DNA from: Verrucomicrobiota bacterium | Lineage (GTDB): Bacteria > Verrucomicrobiota > Verrucomicrobiia > Limisphaerales > JANNEF01 | Assembly (NCBI GenBank): GCA_031378375.1 | Contig: JANNEF010000121.1 | Coordinates: 2,650-66,649 of the forward strand | DNA: 64,000 bases | Direction: 5' to 3' | Shown here: positions 1 to 11,076 of the stretch, piece after piece | Position numbering within the stretch: position 1 is the first letter of the stretch | Layout: every line of letters begins with the position of its first letter | Made by a program: the position numbers and the translations under genes | The notes under the pieces: generated by a model | What the model was told of the DNA's origin: nothing | The model's input: only the letters and a program-made list of their open reading frames with translations | The model's database searches: none

Positions 1-180
1 CTCTTCGCCCAGCTTGGCAAACACGAGATTTTCACGCCGTCCAAAACCTACCCGCAGATGACCGTGAGTGAGTTGGTCGCCCTTGCGCCGGGCGGCAACC
101 CGCCTTGCCCTGAAGGGGCATCCTGTGAAAGCCCAGGGCCACGCCCTGGGAAAGGAACCCACCACATTCCCACGCCCTGA
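1..180 (+). CDS. 3' end of an unidentified CDS entering from upstream (partial)
   Basis: Frame 1 is open from base 1 to TGA at 178-180 (LFAQLGKHEIFTPSKTYPQMTVSELVALAPGG...). The last ~25 codons run into REP palindromes, so the true end is uncertain. No motif recognised. Confidence 0.25.
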   Translation, partial: LFAQLGKHEIFTPSKTYPQMTVSELVALAPGGNPPCPEGASCESPGPRPGKGTHHIPTP

Positions 181-190
181 AGGGGCGTAA
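95..190. repeat. REP-type GC-rich palindromes (type A) upstream of RAYT-1
   Basis: Hairpin units cccagggccacgccctggg (132-150) and acgccctgaaggggcgt (172-188). The same motifs recur in inverted orientation at 657-961. Confidence 0.7.
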
Positions 191-194
191 TCAC

Positions 195-647
195 ATGCCG
201 CAATCCCTCGCCCAAATCCTCGCGCATCTGGTCTTCTCCACGAAGAATCGGGAGGCGGTGCTGGCCGACGACATCCGCGATGAACTCCACGCCTACATCG
301 GCGGCATCGTGGAGAACCAGAAAGGCACGCTCCTCAAGGCTGGCTCGGTCGCCGATCATGTCCATTTGCTGATTGCGCTTTCCCGCACCGCCGCACCCGC
401 CGACCTGGTGCAGGAGATCAAGACTGGCTCCTCCAAATGGCTGAAAACGAAGGCGGACCGCTACGCCTACTTTCACTGGCAGGGTGGCTACGGCATTTTC
501 TCCATCAGCCCCTCCCACCGGCCCGCGTTGGAGCGATACATCGCTGGTCAGGCTGAGCATCATCGCATCGTCACGTTTCAGGAGGAATACCGCCGTCTCC
601 TGGAAAAATACGGCCTTCAATTTGATGAACGCTATGTGTGGGACTGA
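195..647 (+). CDS. REP-associated tyrosine transposase (RAYT, IS200/IS605 TnpA-like Y1 HUH enzyme), copy 1
   Basis: 150 aa with HUH motif (DHVHLLIAL), a WQGGYGIFS region and size typical of the IS200-like transposase fold. Flanked on both sides by REP palindromes. Confidence 0.85.
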   Translation: MPQSLAQILAHLVFSTKNREAVLADDIRDELHAYIGGIVENQKGTLLKAGSVADHVHLLIALSRTAAPADLVQEIKTGSSKWLKTKADRYAYFHWQGGYGIFSISPSHRPALERYIAGQAEHHRIVTFQEEYRRLLEKYGLQFDERYVWD

Positions 648-1005
648 CCTTCATTTCGCCCCTTCAGGGCTTGGGATGTTTTTGGGCATCGTTCCCAAGG
701 CGTTGCCTTGGGCTATCGCATTTTGCCGCGTTGCGGCATCGGTCCGGGGCGTTGTGGCATCCGTTGGCCCCAACGGGACTGGCTTTTGCCGCGTTGCAGC
801 ATCCGCCCGCCCCAACGGGGCCGAAGGTGAAAGCCCAGGGCAACGCCCTGGGAAAGGTATCCCACCATATTCCCCAGCCCTGAAAGGGCGGCACCACCTT
901 TGTTGCGCCCTTTCAGGGCTTGGATTGTTTTCATCCATCCATCCCAGGGCGTTGCCCTGGGCTATCTCATTCCTCCCCGTTGGGGCAAATGCCACCGATC
1001 TGGAG
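648..1005. repeat. REP cluster (type A), BIME-like array of short palindromes
   Basis: Units cgccccttcagggc (657-670), cccaaggcgttgccttggg (694-712), gcccagggcaacgccctggg (833-852), cccagggcgttgccctggg (943-961) plus gccgcgttgcggc-type units. All six frames are open and no coding signal is seen. Confidence 0.75.
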
Positions 1006-1013
1006 GTCATCGT

Positions 1014-2580
1014 ATGAGCGCCCAGGCAAACTTCTCCCTGCGCGGGCGCAACCCGGACGTGCTGACGTGCATCGCGAACCTCTCCAACGACGAGGTGTTC
1101 ACCCCGCCGGAGTTTGCGAACCGGATGCTCGACACGCTGGCCGAGGCGTGGGCGGCGAATAACAAGGGCGCAAACCTCTGGGCGGACAAGTCGGTGAAGT
1201 TCCTCGACCCCTGCACGAAATCCGGCGTGTTCCTGCGCGAGATCACCAGCCGGCTGACCCAGGGGCTGGAGCAGGAGATGCCGGACCTGGAGAAGCGCGT
1301 GAATCACATCCTCACGAAGCAGGTGTTTGGCATTGGCATCACGCAAATCACCGGCCTGCTGGCGCGGCGCAGCGTCTATTGCTCCAAGCACGCCCAAGGC
1401 GAACACTCGATTGCCAAAGGCTTCGCCAGCGACGATGGCAACATCTGGTTCCAGCGCCTCAAACACACTTGGGAGGGCGACAAGTGCCAGTATTGCGGCG
1501 CGGGCAAATCCGTTTTCGACCGGGCGACGGGTCTTGAAACCCACGCCTACGCGTTCATTCACACCGACAACATCAAGACTCGGCTCACCAAGATTTTTGG
1601 AGGCAATATGCAATTCGACGTCATCATTGGAAATCCACCGTATCAATTGGCGAGCGACGGCGGCACGCGCGACATTCCCATTTACAACAAGTTTGTTGAG
1701 CAGGCGAAGAAGCTTGAGCCGCGCTACCTCTCAATGGTTATTCCGTCCCGCTGGATGGCGTCAGGTCTTGGCTTGAGCGATTTCCGAAAAGCCATGTTGG
1801 AGGATAGGAACATCAGGAAGCTGATGGACTATGAGCGCATGGACTTGGTGTTTCCGGGCGTGGATTTCGAGGGCGGCATCTGCTATTTCCTTTGGGATCG
1901 AGACAACGCGGGTAAATGCGAAGTAACCACCGTCACCGGCGAGGAGACCATCGGGCCGGCAATGCGCGACCTGAACGAATACGATATTCTCGTGCGCGAT
2001 AGCCGTGGGCTAAACATCCTCAAGAAGGTGCTCGCAGAAGGCGAGCCGTCCATCATTGATATTCTTTCCGCTGACAAGGAATTTGGCTGGACGTCCAACT
2101 TTGATGGATTTCGGGAGGACAAAAAGCCTAGCGATGTCGCGCTGTATTACGGGCGTGCTGGCAAGCGGCTTGTCGGTGGCATTGCCCGTAAAGATGTCAC
2201 GAAGAGTCCACACCTGATAGACAAGTGGAAGGTGATGGTCTCTGCGGCCTACGGCGAACGTGGTGCGCGGCCTGCGATGGTGCTTGGCCCTAGCTTCATT
2301 GCTGAATCACCTTCGGTTTGCACGCAGACCTACTTGTTTTTTTACGTTGGTTCAAAGAAGCACGCTGAAAGTCTGCAAAGCTATCTCAATACGCGCTTTT
2401 TCCGGTTTTTGGTATCGCTGCGAAAAATCACTCAGCACGCGACTCGCGCGACTTACACTTGGATTCCGCAACAGAGTTGGGACCGCCTTTGGACGGATGA
2501 GGCGCTTTACAAGAAATACAAATTGAGCAAGGACGACATCGCCCACATTGAAGCCTGCATCCGTCCGAGGGCCAGCAACG

Positions 2581-2588
<8 letters not shown>
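1014..2588 (+). CDS. N6-adenine DNA methyltransferase (Eco57I-like gamma-class MTase domain)
   Basis: AdoMet motif I-like KFLDPCTKSGVFLREI and catalytic motif IV IIGNPPYQ. ATG at 1014 lies just past the REP array; the ORF-track start at 900 is inside the repeats. The stop overlaps the next gene start (ATGAGTAA, 2581-2588). Confidence 0.8.
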
Positions 2589-5118
<2,530 letters not shown>

Positions 5119-5159
5119 GGACGGCGATGCGGAGAAGGCGGGACGAGGAAAGCGGGAGG

Positions 5160-5792
5160 TCAGGTGCCGGGCAGGAAGCGCAAGGTTTCGGACAGGTGGG
5201 TGCGGTCGGCCAGGGTGTGCAGCAGCGGCCCTTGCAGGCTGAATTCGACCTGGCTCACGGAACCGACCGGACACCCGAAGCGGTAACGAAAGCGTCCGAC
5301 ATCAATTCCCAGCAGGCTGCAGAGCAGAATCCGGATGGTGGCTTTGTGGGAAACAATCAACACGTTGCCGGAATGGAGGTGTTTGATTTCTTCGATGACG
5401 GCGAGTCCACGCCGGGCAATCGCGATGGCGGCTTCGCCGCCGGTGGGAGCGTGCCAGCCGGGATCGGCTGTCCACCGGAGATAATCATCGTGAAATTCCT
5501 GGCTGACCGCCCCGGCGGTTTTGCCTTCCCATTGGCCGTAGCCGATCTCGCGAAGGCCGTCGTGAATCTCCGGCTTCGTGCCTAACATGTTGCAAAGGGG
5601 GTGGGCGGTGGTGAGGGCGCGGGTCTGCGGACTGGTGTAGATGGCGTTCCAGGGAGTCGAACGATAAGCGTCGGCGAAACTCCGGGCCATTTGCTGGCCC
5701 GCGTCGGTGAGCGCCGGGTCCAGTCCGCCCCCGCAGAATACATTGTCGTGGCTGCAAGGCGTCTGCCCGTGGCGCAGAAAATAAATCGTCAT
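5160..5792 (-). CDS. histidine phosphatase family protein (phosphoglycerate mutase-like)
   Basis: N-terminal IYFLRHGQT (RHG catalytic motif) and downstream LIVSHKATIR histidine motif. 210 aa. Confidence 0.8.
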   Translation of the reverse strand: MTIYFLRHGQTPCSHDNVFCGGGLDPALTDAGQQMARSFADAYRSTPWNAIYTSPQTRALTTAHPLCNMLGTKPEIHDGLREIGYGQWEGKTAGAVSQEFHDDYLRWTADPGWHAPTGGEAAIAIARRGLAVIEEIKHLHSGNVLIVSHKATIRILLCSLLGIDVGRFRYRFGCPVGSVSQVEFSLQGPLLHTLADRTHLSETLRFLPGT

Positions 5793-5961
5793 GGCGAGTG
5801 CGTTTCCGGTTTTAAGGATAGAGGGTTTCCGTGAGACGGAAACGGGTCAGTCTCGCTGTGATCTTGAGTGGGCAGGCGTAAGGGCCGCGCGGTGTGGACC
5901 AGGCAGCGCGCCAGAGTTTTGCTGGAAGGATTCACAAGCGGCGTCCGATGGACTCCGTCCG

Positions 5962-7194
5962 TCACGGCCGTCTCAAGCGGAAGAAGCAGCGCGGATCGGT
6001 CAACGGATAGGCCAGGTGGTAAAAGCCGTTGGACTGGCCGGGGCCGTTCGTATTCAGCAACCACGAACTGGCATTGGCGGGTGTGGCGGTGTGTTGCAGT
6101 TGAAAGGCCGCGGCGCCATTCGTCGCCCAGATCAGCCGCACTTGATTGGTCCCCTGGCGGGTCACTTCCATCGCCGGAGGTTGAAACAGAACAAGGCGAT
6201 CCATGAGAGTTCCGCCGCCGGCCACGGAATGAAATTCAAACGCCATCTGCCGCTCGTCGGCCAGGACGAGCATCGCGCCGTGGCCTGCGTTATACCGGAC
6301 GACGCTGCCGGCGACGGGAGTGCCGAAACCGGCGAGGGATGCGCCGCCCGCGCCGTTGACGAAATAGGGAAAACCGTCGTCCATGATCCGCTCGTAGTTG
6401 TGCGAGTCGCCGGAGACGACGGCGCTGGCGCCCCAATCGCGATAGGGCCAGCGGGTGCCCATCGTGGAGCCGGAAGAGGAGTAGGGCGGATCATGCACCA
6501 CGACAAGTTTCCAGGGTGACGCGGACGCCGCGAGCCGGTTCGAGAGCCAGCGGCCCTGGGTGGAACTGGCGGAGGTGCCGTCCGGCTCGTTCGCCTCGCT
6601 GTTGACGATCAAAAAGTGGACCGGCCCGCGCACGAAGTCGTAGTAGCGCTCGTTTCCCGGCAACGTGAAATAGGCCAGGTGTGTGGAATAACCCCCGGGG
6701 CTGAGATAATCATGGTTGCCCAGCGCGGGGAAAAAACGGTTGGAACTCGCGCCGCTGCCGAAGGTGCCGGTGTAATTCCCGATGTAAGCACGGTAGTATT
6801 TCCCGATGTTCCGGTCGATGTCACCCGCGCCGCCGTACTGGTTGTCGCCGCAGGTGATGATGAACTCAGGCTGCAAATTGGTCTTGATGAGATTCGCCAC
6901 GGCCAGTTCGTTCGCGTCGTCCACCCCGTAGTCGCCTAGGATCGCAAATCGCACCGGGCCGGCCAGGCAAAGCACGGGCAACGCCAGCGCGGCGCCTAGA
7001 ACTGCCCATGCAGTCCGTCGCACGCCAGTTGGCCAGCTTTTTACAAGCCATGTTATGAAGGAACCCATTGGGCGGAGGCTGCGTGAAAGTTCGCGCACCG
7101 GCACCTCGGACGTCGGTAGTGGTACAAGCCAACGGCGCGCATTTGGCAACAGTAAAAAGAACGCGACGTTCATACAATGGGGTGAACACCCCAT
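5962..7194 (-). CDS. secreted metallophosphoesterase (calcineurin-like) with C-terminal beta-sandwich-like extension
   Basis: Motifs AILGDYG, CGDNQY, GNHDY, VVHDPPY, SGDSHNYER. A more likely start is Met43 (7068), which precedes a signal-peptide-like segment. Confidence 0.75.
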   Translation of the reverse strand: MGCSPHCMNVAFFLLLPNARRWLVPLPTSEVPVRELSRSLRPMGSFITWLVKSWPTGVRRTAWAVLGAALALPVLCLAGPVRFAILGDYGVDDANELAVANLIKTNLQPEFIITCGDNQYGGAGDIDRNIGKYYRAYIGNYTGTFGSGASSNRFFPALGNHDYLSPGGYSTHLAYFTLPGNERYYDFVRGPVHFLIVNSEANEPDGTSASSTQGRWLSNRLAASASPWKLVVVHDPPYSSSGSTMGTRWPYRDWGASAVVSGDSHNYERIMDDGFPYFVNGAGGASLAGFGTPVAGSVVRYNAGHGAMLVLADERQMAFEFHSVAGGGTLMDRLVLFQPPAMEVTRQGTNQVRLIWATNGAAAFQLQHTATPANASSWLLNTNGPGQSNGFYHLAYPLTDPRCFFRLRRP

Positions 7195-7205
7195 AGCGAG
7201 AAGTC

Positions 7206-7310
7206 ATGGCCCGCCTTAGCGTTGAATATATGTCAACACTACTTATCGTCTTGATTGTGGTTCTCTTGCTCGGCGGCGGCGGCGGCTACTTCTACTCCCG
7301 GCGCCGGTAA
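7206..7310 (+). CDS. possible tiny membrane peptide (34 aa; or 26 aa from the internal Met)
   Basis: MARLSVEYMSTLLIVLIVVLLLGGGGGYFYSRRR: one hydrophobic helix and a basic tail. No homolog recognised and no clear RBS. Confidence 0.25.
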   Translation: MARLSVEYMSTLLIVLIVVLLLGGGGGYFYSRRR

Positions 7311-7442
7311 GCGGGTGCGGATTCACACGCTGTGCAGCCCAACAAAGCGCGGGCGGACTGCGTCTTGCCGGGCAAGTACAGTGGCGTGATCGTCGTTACG
7401 GAAGCAGAAACAGGTCAGTCGCGCACTCTCGCGACACTCCGG

Positions 7443-7507
7443 CTCACGACGAACTCGAAGAGTTCCTTCTTGGAACTGCGTTGGCGGATGTTTTGCACGG
7501 TCACGCC
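7443..7507 (-). repeat. cassette-associated repeat, copy 1 (partial)
   Basis: ctcacgacgaactcgaagagttccttcttggaactgcgttggcggatgttttgcacggtcacgcc. Hairpin core agttcc-ttctt-ggaact at 7461-7477. Lies 3' of the PIN gene. Confidence 0.7.
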
Positions 7508-7570
7508 TGCCTGCGGCGGGTTCCAAGTTCAAGGTTCCGGGTTTTGAGTTGAAGCCGGCCATTGTTCGCC

Positions 7571-8023
7571 TCAAGACAGCCCCAGGCGCTTCAATGCCTC
7601 GGCGGCGCGAATGATCGGAATACCCTCGAACGATCCGAGCGTGAGCAGATCATTGTCGCCCGTGACGGTCGCGTCAGCCTCCGCCGCCACGGCACAGGCG
7701 AGGACATGGACATCGTCCGGATCGCGCAGTCCGGCGGGTGCGGGAATCGAAATGGTGGGAACGAGTCGGGCCACCGCGCGGACTCGGGTGAACGCAATTT
7801 CCGGGGTGAATTGTTTCAGTGCCAGTCGCGCGGCAAACTTCCTGCGATTCAATACTTCGCGCAACTCGACGAGCAGGAGTTCGCTGAGGAAGAGTCGCAC
7901 CCGGCCATCCACCACCGACAGCAATAATCGACCCGGCTGCCCGCCCCAGAGCAGGCCGGAGACAAGCAGATTGTTATCAATGACCGCCTTCACGCTGCCG
8001 TCGCGCCGCCCGTACCGCGTCAA
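7571..8023 (-). CDS. PIN-domain toxin (TA-system toxin component, PIN family)
   Basis: KAVIDNNLLVSGLL near the N-terminus and TVTGDNDLL..GIPII near the C-terminus, typical of this PIN subfamily. Overlaps the upstream small gene. An alternative GTG start at 7990 is possible. Confidence 0.8.
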   Translation of the reverse strand: MTRYGRRDGSVKAVIDNNLLVSGLLWGGQPGRLLLSVVDGRVRLFLSELLLVELREVLNRRKFAARLALKQFTPEIAFTRVRAVARLVPTISIPAPAGLRDPDDVHVLACAVAAEADATVTGDNDLLTLGSFEGIPIIRAAEALKRLGLS

Positions 8024-8228
8024 CCTCCGTCTGGATTTCTTCCGGCGACATCGGCTCGCCTGGCAACGAGTGCAGGCCTGTGAGCATTTGACCCAGATCC
8101 TTGCGGGCGCGCTCGCGCCGCAATTCCTCGCTCAACAACTCTCCCAAACGACCGGACTCCAGCAGACCGCTGGCTCGCGCTTCATTCACCAGCGCGTCGG
8201 GCAGATCCAGTTGAATCGTGACGCTCAT
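7977..8228 (-). CDS. putative antitoxin partner of the PIN toxin
   Basis: 83-aa ORF immediately upstream of and overlapping the PIN gene (classic TA operon geometry). The fold is not recognisable by eye. Confidence 0.6.
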   Translation of the reverse strand: MSVTIQLDLPDALVNEARASGLLESGRLGELLSEELRRERARKDLGQMLTGLHSLPGEPMSPEEIQTEVDAVRAARRQREGGH

Positions 8229-8296
8229 GCCGTGGGACAGGATGACAGCACCAGCCGCACCGTGTCAAATCGTGAGTCAACTCGGGTCATCCCGAA

Positions 8297-8397
8297 CATT
8301 CGCATATTTCCCGATCACGACGAACTCGAACAGTTCCTTCTTGGAACTGTGTTTGCGGCTGTGCTCCACGGTCACGCCGGTGAAGCCGTGCGGGCGC
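8297..8397 (-). repeat. cassette-associated repeat, copy 2 (full length)
   Basis: cattcgcatatttcccgatcacgacgaactcgaacagttccttcttggaactgtgtttgcgg...gtcacgccggtgaagccgtgcgggcgc. Perfect 7-bp stem cagttcc/ggaactg at 8331-8349. Abuts the stop of the 79-aa gene. Confidence 0.75.
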
Positions 8398-8398
8398 A

Positions 8399-8638
8399 TC
8401 AGTGCGGGCGGGGTGGTTCATCGTTCAGGGCCAAGGCAGATGCTTCCGCGCGTTGGCGTTCTTCCTCGGCCACGAGTTGCCGCAGCTCCCCGGCATTGCG
8501 GACGACGGGACCGGAATGGGGGTGTTCGTCCGACCATTTCCGCAGGTTTTCAAACATGCGGTGAATATCGTAACCCGCTTCGCGCGCCAAGTCGTCCTTG
8601 ATGCGCCAGACTTCCTCAAGAATCGGATTCGCTTTCAT
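8399..8638 (-). CDS. 79-aa conserved small protein (putative antitoxin-like partner of PIN-like gene), copy 1
   Basis: MKANPILEEVWRIKDDLAREAGYDIHRMFENLRKW... is 76/79 identical to the ORF at 11999-12238. The ORF-track extension to 8821 is upstream noise. Confidence 0.6.
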   Translation of the reverse strand: MKANPILEEVWRIKDDLAREAGYDIHRMFENLRKWSDEHPHSGPVVRNAGELRQLVAEEERQRAEASALALNDEPPRPH

Positions 8639-8642
8639 GGAC

Positions 8643-8770
8643 TCATTCTCCCGCAAGTTCGATGGGGGTGCAAATCTCCGGCAGCGCCAGCTCGCGCGCG
8701 GCCATGAACGCGCGGAGTTTCTTCTGCAAGTGCGGATTGGCCAGGTGCCGCGTCGACGTCCGGCCACCCT
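8643..8770 (-). pseudogene. C-terminal remnant of a PIN-like toxin gene
   Basis: ..RTSTRHLANPHLQKKLRAFMAARELALPEICTPIELAGE aligns with the C-terminus of the 12216-12650 product (..WNCRHLANAQILRRIEAEVLRAGLRMPRVCTPLELMGD). No N-terminal PIN portion is present upstream. Confidence 0.5.
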
Positions 8771-8974
8771 CTTCCAGTTCCACTCCCTTGTCGGCACCCG
8801 CCTGCGGGCATCCTCTCCCATCCGGTGGGTGAAGGGCAGGCGCGGAGAAGGAATGCTCCGCAGTTTGCAGCACGTTGACGGTTTAACACTTCATGGTGGA
8901 AGGCATCCCCCTCTTTTGCGGCTTCTGCGTCTTTTTGTGGCAATGCAAACCGCGCGTTGTTTTCCGCCGCCAGA

Positions 8975-9046
8975 CTGTAGCGGCGCTCTGTGAGCGTCGG
9001 CGTTGTCTCGGTTTTTGGTTCGGCGGTCACAGACCGCCGCTACAGG
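8975..9046. repeat. 72-bp palindromic REP pair (type B), left flank of RAYT-2
   Basis: ctgtagcggcgctctgtgagcg(t/c)cgg-N20-cggcggtcacagaccgccgctacagg. Near-identical to 9755-9826. Confidence 0.85.
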
Positions 9047-9073
9047 ATTGCGTGCCCACAGAGCGCCGCTACC

Positions 9074-9760
9074 ATGTTGCGCGTGAACCCGGAAGTTCGT
9101 CCGCCCAGACTCAAACGCCTGGAACGGCTTTTCGTCAATCATCCGCTCTACTTCGTCACCGCGAACACGGAAGACCGAAAACCCATCCTCGCCAACGCCG
9201 GGGTCCATGAAGGATTCCGGAAGTTTTGCGAGACGGGCCTGACGCGGGGCGTGTTCGTTGGCAAATACGTCTTGATGCCGGACCATCTGCATTTGTTTGT
9301 GACGTTTGGTGAGGAATACGAAGCGGCGCTCATAGCGCGTCGCCGGCCACAGTCCGGCGCTACAGCCGGCGACCCTGTAGCGGCGGTCTGCGACCGCCGA
9401 ATCCAACAAGGTGACGCTGCAAAAAAGGCAGTCACAGACAGCCGCTACAACCGTCAGTCGCAGACGGACGCTACAGCAGGCTTTGTAGCGGCGGTCTGCG
9501 ACCGCCGTCTCTCCCCACTTTCGGAATGGATGAAAAGCTTCAAGAACTCGCTCTCGAAAACCTTGCGCGAAATGAATGTTCCCGCCCCGCACTGGCAGAA
9601 GGGCTTCTTCGATCATGTGATGCGTTCCAAGGAATCGTATTCCGAGAAGTGGCTTTACGTGGCAGAAAATCCCGTGCGCAAACATCTGGCCGCGCGTCCT
9701 GAAGATTGGCCGTATCAGGGAGAGATTTTCGCCCTGCAAGCCGGAGGCCACACGCTGTAG
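9074..9760 (+). CDS. REP-associated tyrosine transposase (RAYT), copy 2, carrying an in-frame internal REP cluster
   Basis: HUH motif MPDHLHLFV; C-terminal HWQKGFFDHVMRS and YVAENPVR typical of RAYT/TnpA_REP. ATG at 9074. A ~57-codon insert made of REP units sits between the HUH and Tyr halves. The TAG stop lies inside the right flanking REP. Confidence 0.75.
   Translation: MLRVNPEVRPPRLKRLERLFVNHPLYFVTANTEDRKPILANAGVHEGFRKFCETGLTRGVFVGKYVLMPDHLHLFVTFGEEYEAALIARRRPQSGATAGDPVAAVCDRRIQQGDAAKKAVTDSRYNRQSQTDATAGFVAAVCDRRLSPLSEWMKSFKNSLSKTLREMNVPAPHWQKGFFDHVMRSKESYSEKWLYVAENPVRKHLAARPEDWPYQGEIFALQAGGHTL
9337..9507. repeat. five type-B REP units nested inside the RAYT-2 coding sequence
   Basis: Units at about 9337-9365, 9375-9399, 9427-9450, 9451-9476 and 9483-9507 (consensus (c/t)tgtagcggcggtctgcgaccgccg and its complement). 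By my boundaries the total is 171 bp, a multiple of 3. Confidence 0.7.
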
Positions 9761-9826
9761 CGGCGCTCTGTGAGCGCCGGCGTTGTCTCGGTTTTTGGTT
9801 CGGCGGTCACAGACCGCCGCTACAGG
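9755..9826. repeat. 72-bp palindromic REP pair (type B), right flank of RAYT-2
   Basis: Direct repeat of 8975-9046, with one mismatch seen by eye. Confidence 0.85.
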
Positions 9827-10035
9827 AGGCGTGTGGATTGATGGGTTTCCTTCGCGGCAAAAATTTTTTCACTTTTTTTGCTCACGACGCTAAACAACGC
9901 CGGAGAACTGCCGATAGGCTTGGTAGAGACGAGTTCGGCTCGGTGAGCCGGACGGAGTCGGAATCGAGTGGTCAACAAAACTGTAATGAATCAGTCAGTC
10001 GTCGGTGCCATTAAAAAACTAAACACGCAACAGCC

Positions 10036-10887
10036 ATGAATATTCGCCAAATCAACAAGTTCCGTTCTTACGTCGGTGTGGAATCCGCCTGCAAACGTTA
10101 CAAACCGGTCTGGAATGCCGCCGCCGTGCCGGAGTTCGGCCTCGCGGTGACGGATCTTTCCGAGCGGATCGTCATCATCCGCGGGCTGGGGCAGCGGCAG
10201 GAGGATCCCACCACCGGCATCGCGGCCATGAAGCTGCATTGCCGGAAACAGGTATGCACCACCGGGGCGATCATCGCCGGCGCCGTCCATTCGTGGGCGA
10301 CCAAGACCAATCAACTCGACATCGCGCAGAAGGCGGACTGGTCGTACAGCGATCTGTTCGCCGGGCGCGAGACGGCCAGTGCGGACCGTTGCCAGAACGT
10401 TCACAAGCTGGCGAAGGAGAACCTTTCGTCGCTCGCCAAGTTCGGCGTCACGGCGGACAAGCTGGAGGAATTTCAGGAGCAGGTTGACGCGTATCTCGGT
10501 TGCATCGGCAAGCCGCGCGAGGCCATCACGACCACCAGGACGGTGACGCAACAGTTGGCGACGGAGTTCGCCGCCGTGGACAAGCTGCTGGAGAAGACGC
10601 TGGACAAGCTGGTGCTCCAGTTCCAGGAGAGCGCACCGGACTTCTTCAACGATTACCAGAACGCGCGCTTCATCGTGGATCAAAACGGCGCGCGGGAAAC
10701 GGACGAAGCGTCGGCGGACACGGCAAAGCCCGCAGCGTCGGCCCAGCCAGCGCAACCGGCACAGTCTCAACCCACCCAATCAGCGCAGTCAGCCCAGTCA
10801 CCGCAGCCAGAGACGCCCGCCCAGCCGGAGCAACCCGTGGCGCAACCGGAGCAGCCGTCCGCGCAATCGCAGCCGAAAGCGGCGTGA
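10036..10887 (+). CDS. hypothetical protein with Gln/Pro/Ala-rich low-complexity tail
   Basis: 283-aa ORF with ATG start after an AT-rich leader, a helical-looking body and the tail AQPAQPAQSQPTQSAQSAQSPQPETPAQPEQP. No motif recognised. Confidence 0.5.
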   Translation: MNIRQINKFRSYVGVESACKRYKPVWNAAAVPEFGLAVTDLSERIVIIRGLGQRQEDPTTGIAAMKLHCRKQVCTTGAIIAGAVHSWATKTNQLDIAQKADWSYSDLFAGRETASADRCQNVHKLAKENLSSLAKFGVTADKLEEFQEQVDAYLGCIGKPREAITTTRTVTQQLATEFAAVDKLLEKTLDKLVLQFQESAPDFFNDYQNARFIVDQNGARETDEASADTAKPAASAQPAQPAQSQPTQSAQSAQSPQPETPAQPEQPVAQPEQPSAQSQPKAA

Positions 10888-10934
10888 GCCGATGACGGGG
10901 TGGGTGGATGAGAGTCAGAACGGGGTCAGTCCCG

Positions 10935-11037
10935 CACTTTCGCATATTTCCCGCTCACGACGAACTCGTACAGTTACTTCTTGGAACTGCGTTGGCGGAT
11001 GTTTTCCACAGTCACGCCGGTGCAGCCGTGCTGGCGC
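10935..11037 (-). repeat. cassette-associated repeat, copy 3
   Basis: cactttcgcatatttcccgctcacgacgaactcgtacagttacttcttggaactgcgttggcggatgttttccacagtcacgccggtgcagccgtgctggcgc. Lies 3' of vapC. Confidence 0.75.
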
Positions 11038-11076
11038 AGGATGGCGGCGTAAAGCCGTTCGGTGCGGACTTCCGGG

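Noticed and set aside
8360-8405. Small ORF (MRPHGFTGVTVEHSRKHSSKKELFEFVVIGKYANVRDDPS, minus strand) coupled by TGATG to the 79-aa gene and running through the cassette repeat
   Set aside because: The ATG is replaced by AGG in copy 4, and copy 3 has an in-frame TAA, so the minus-strand frame is not conserved.
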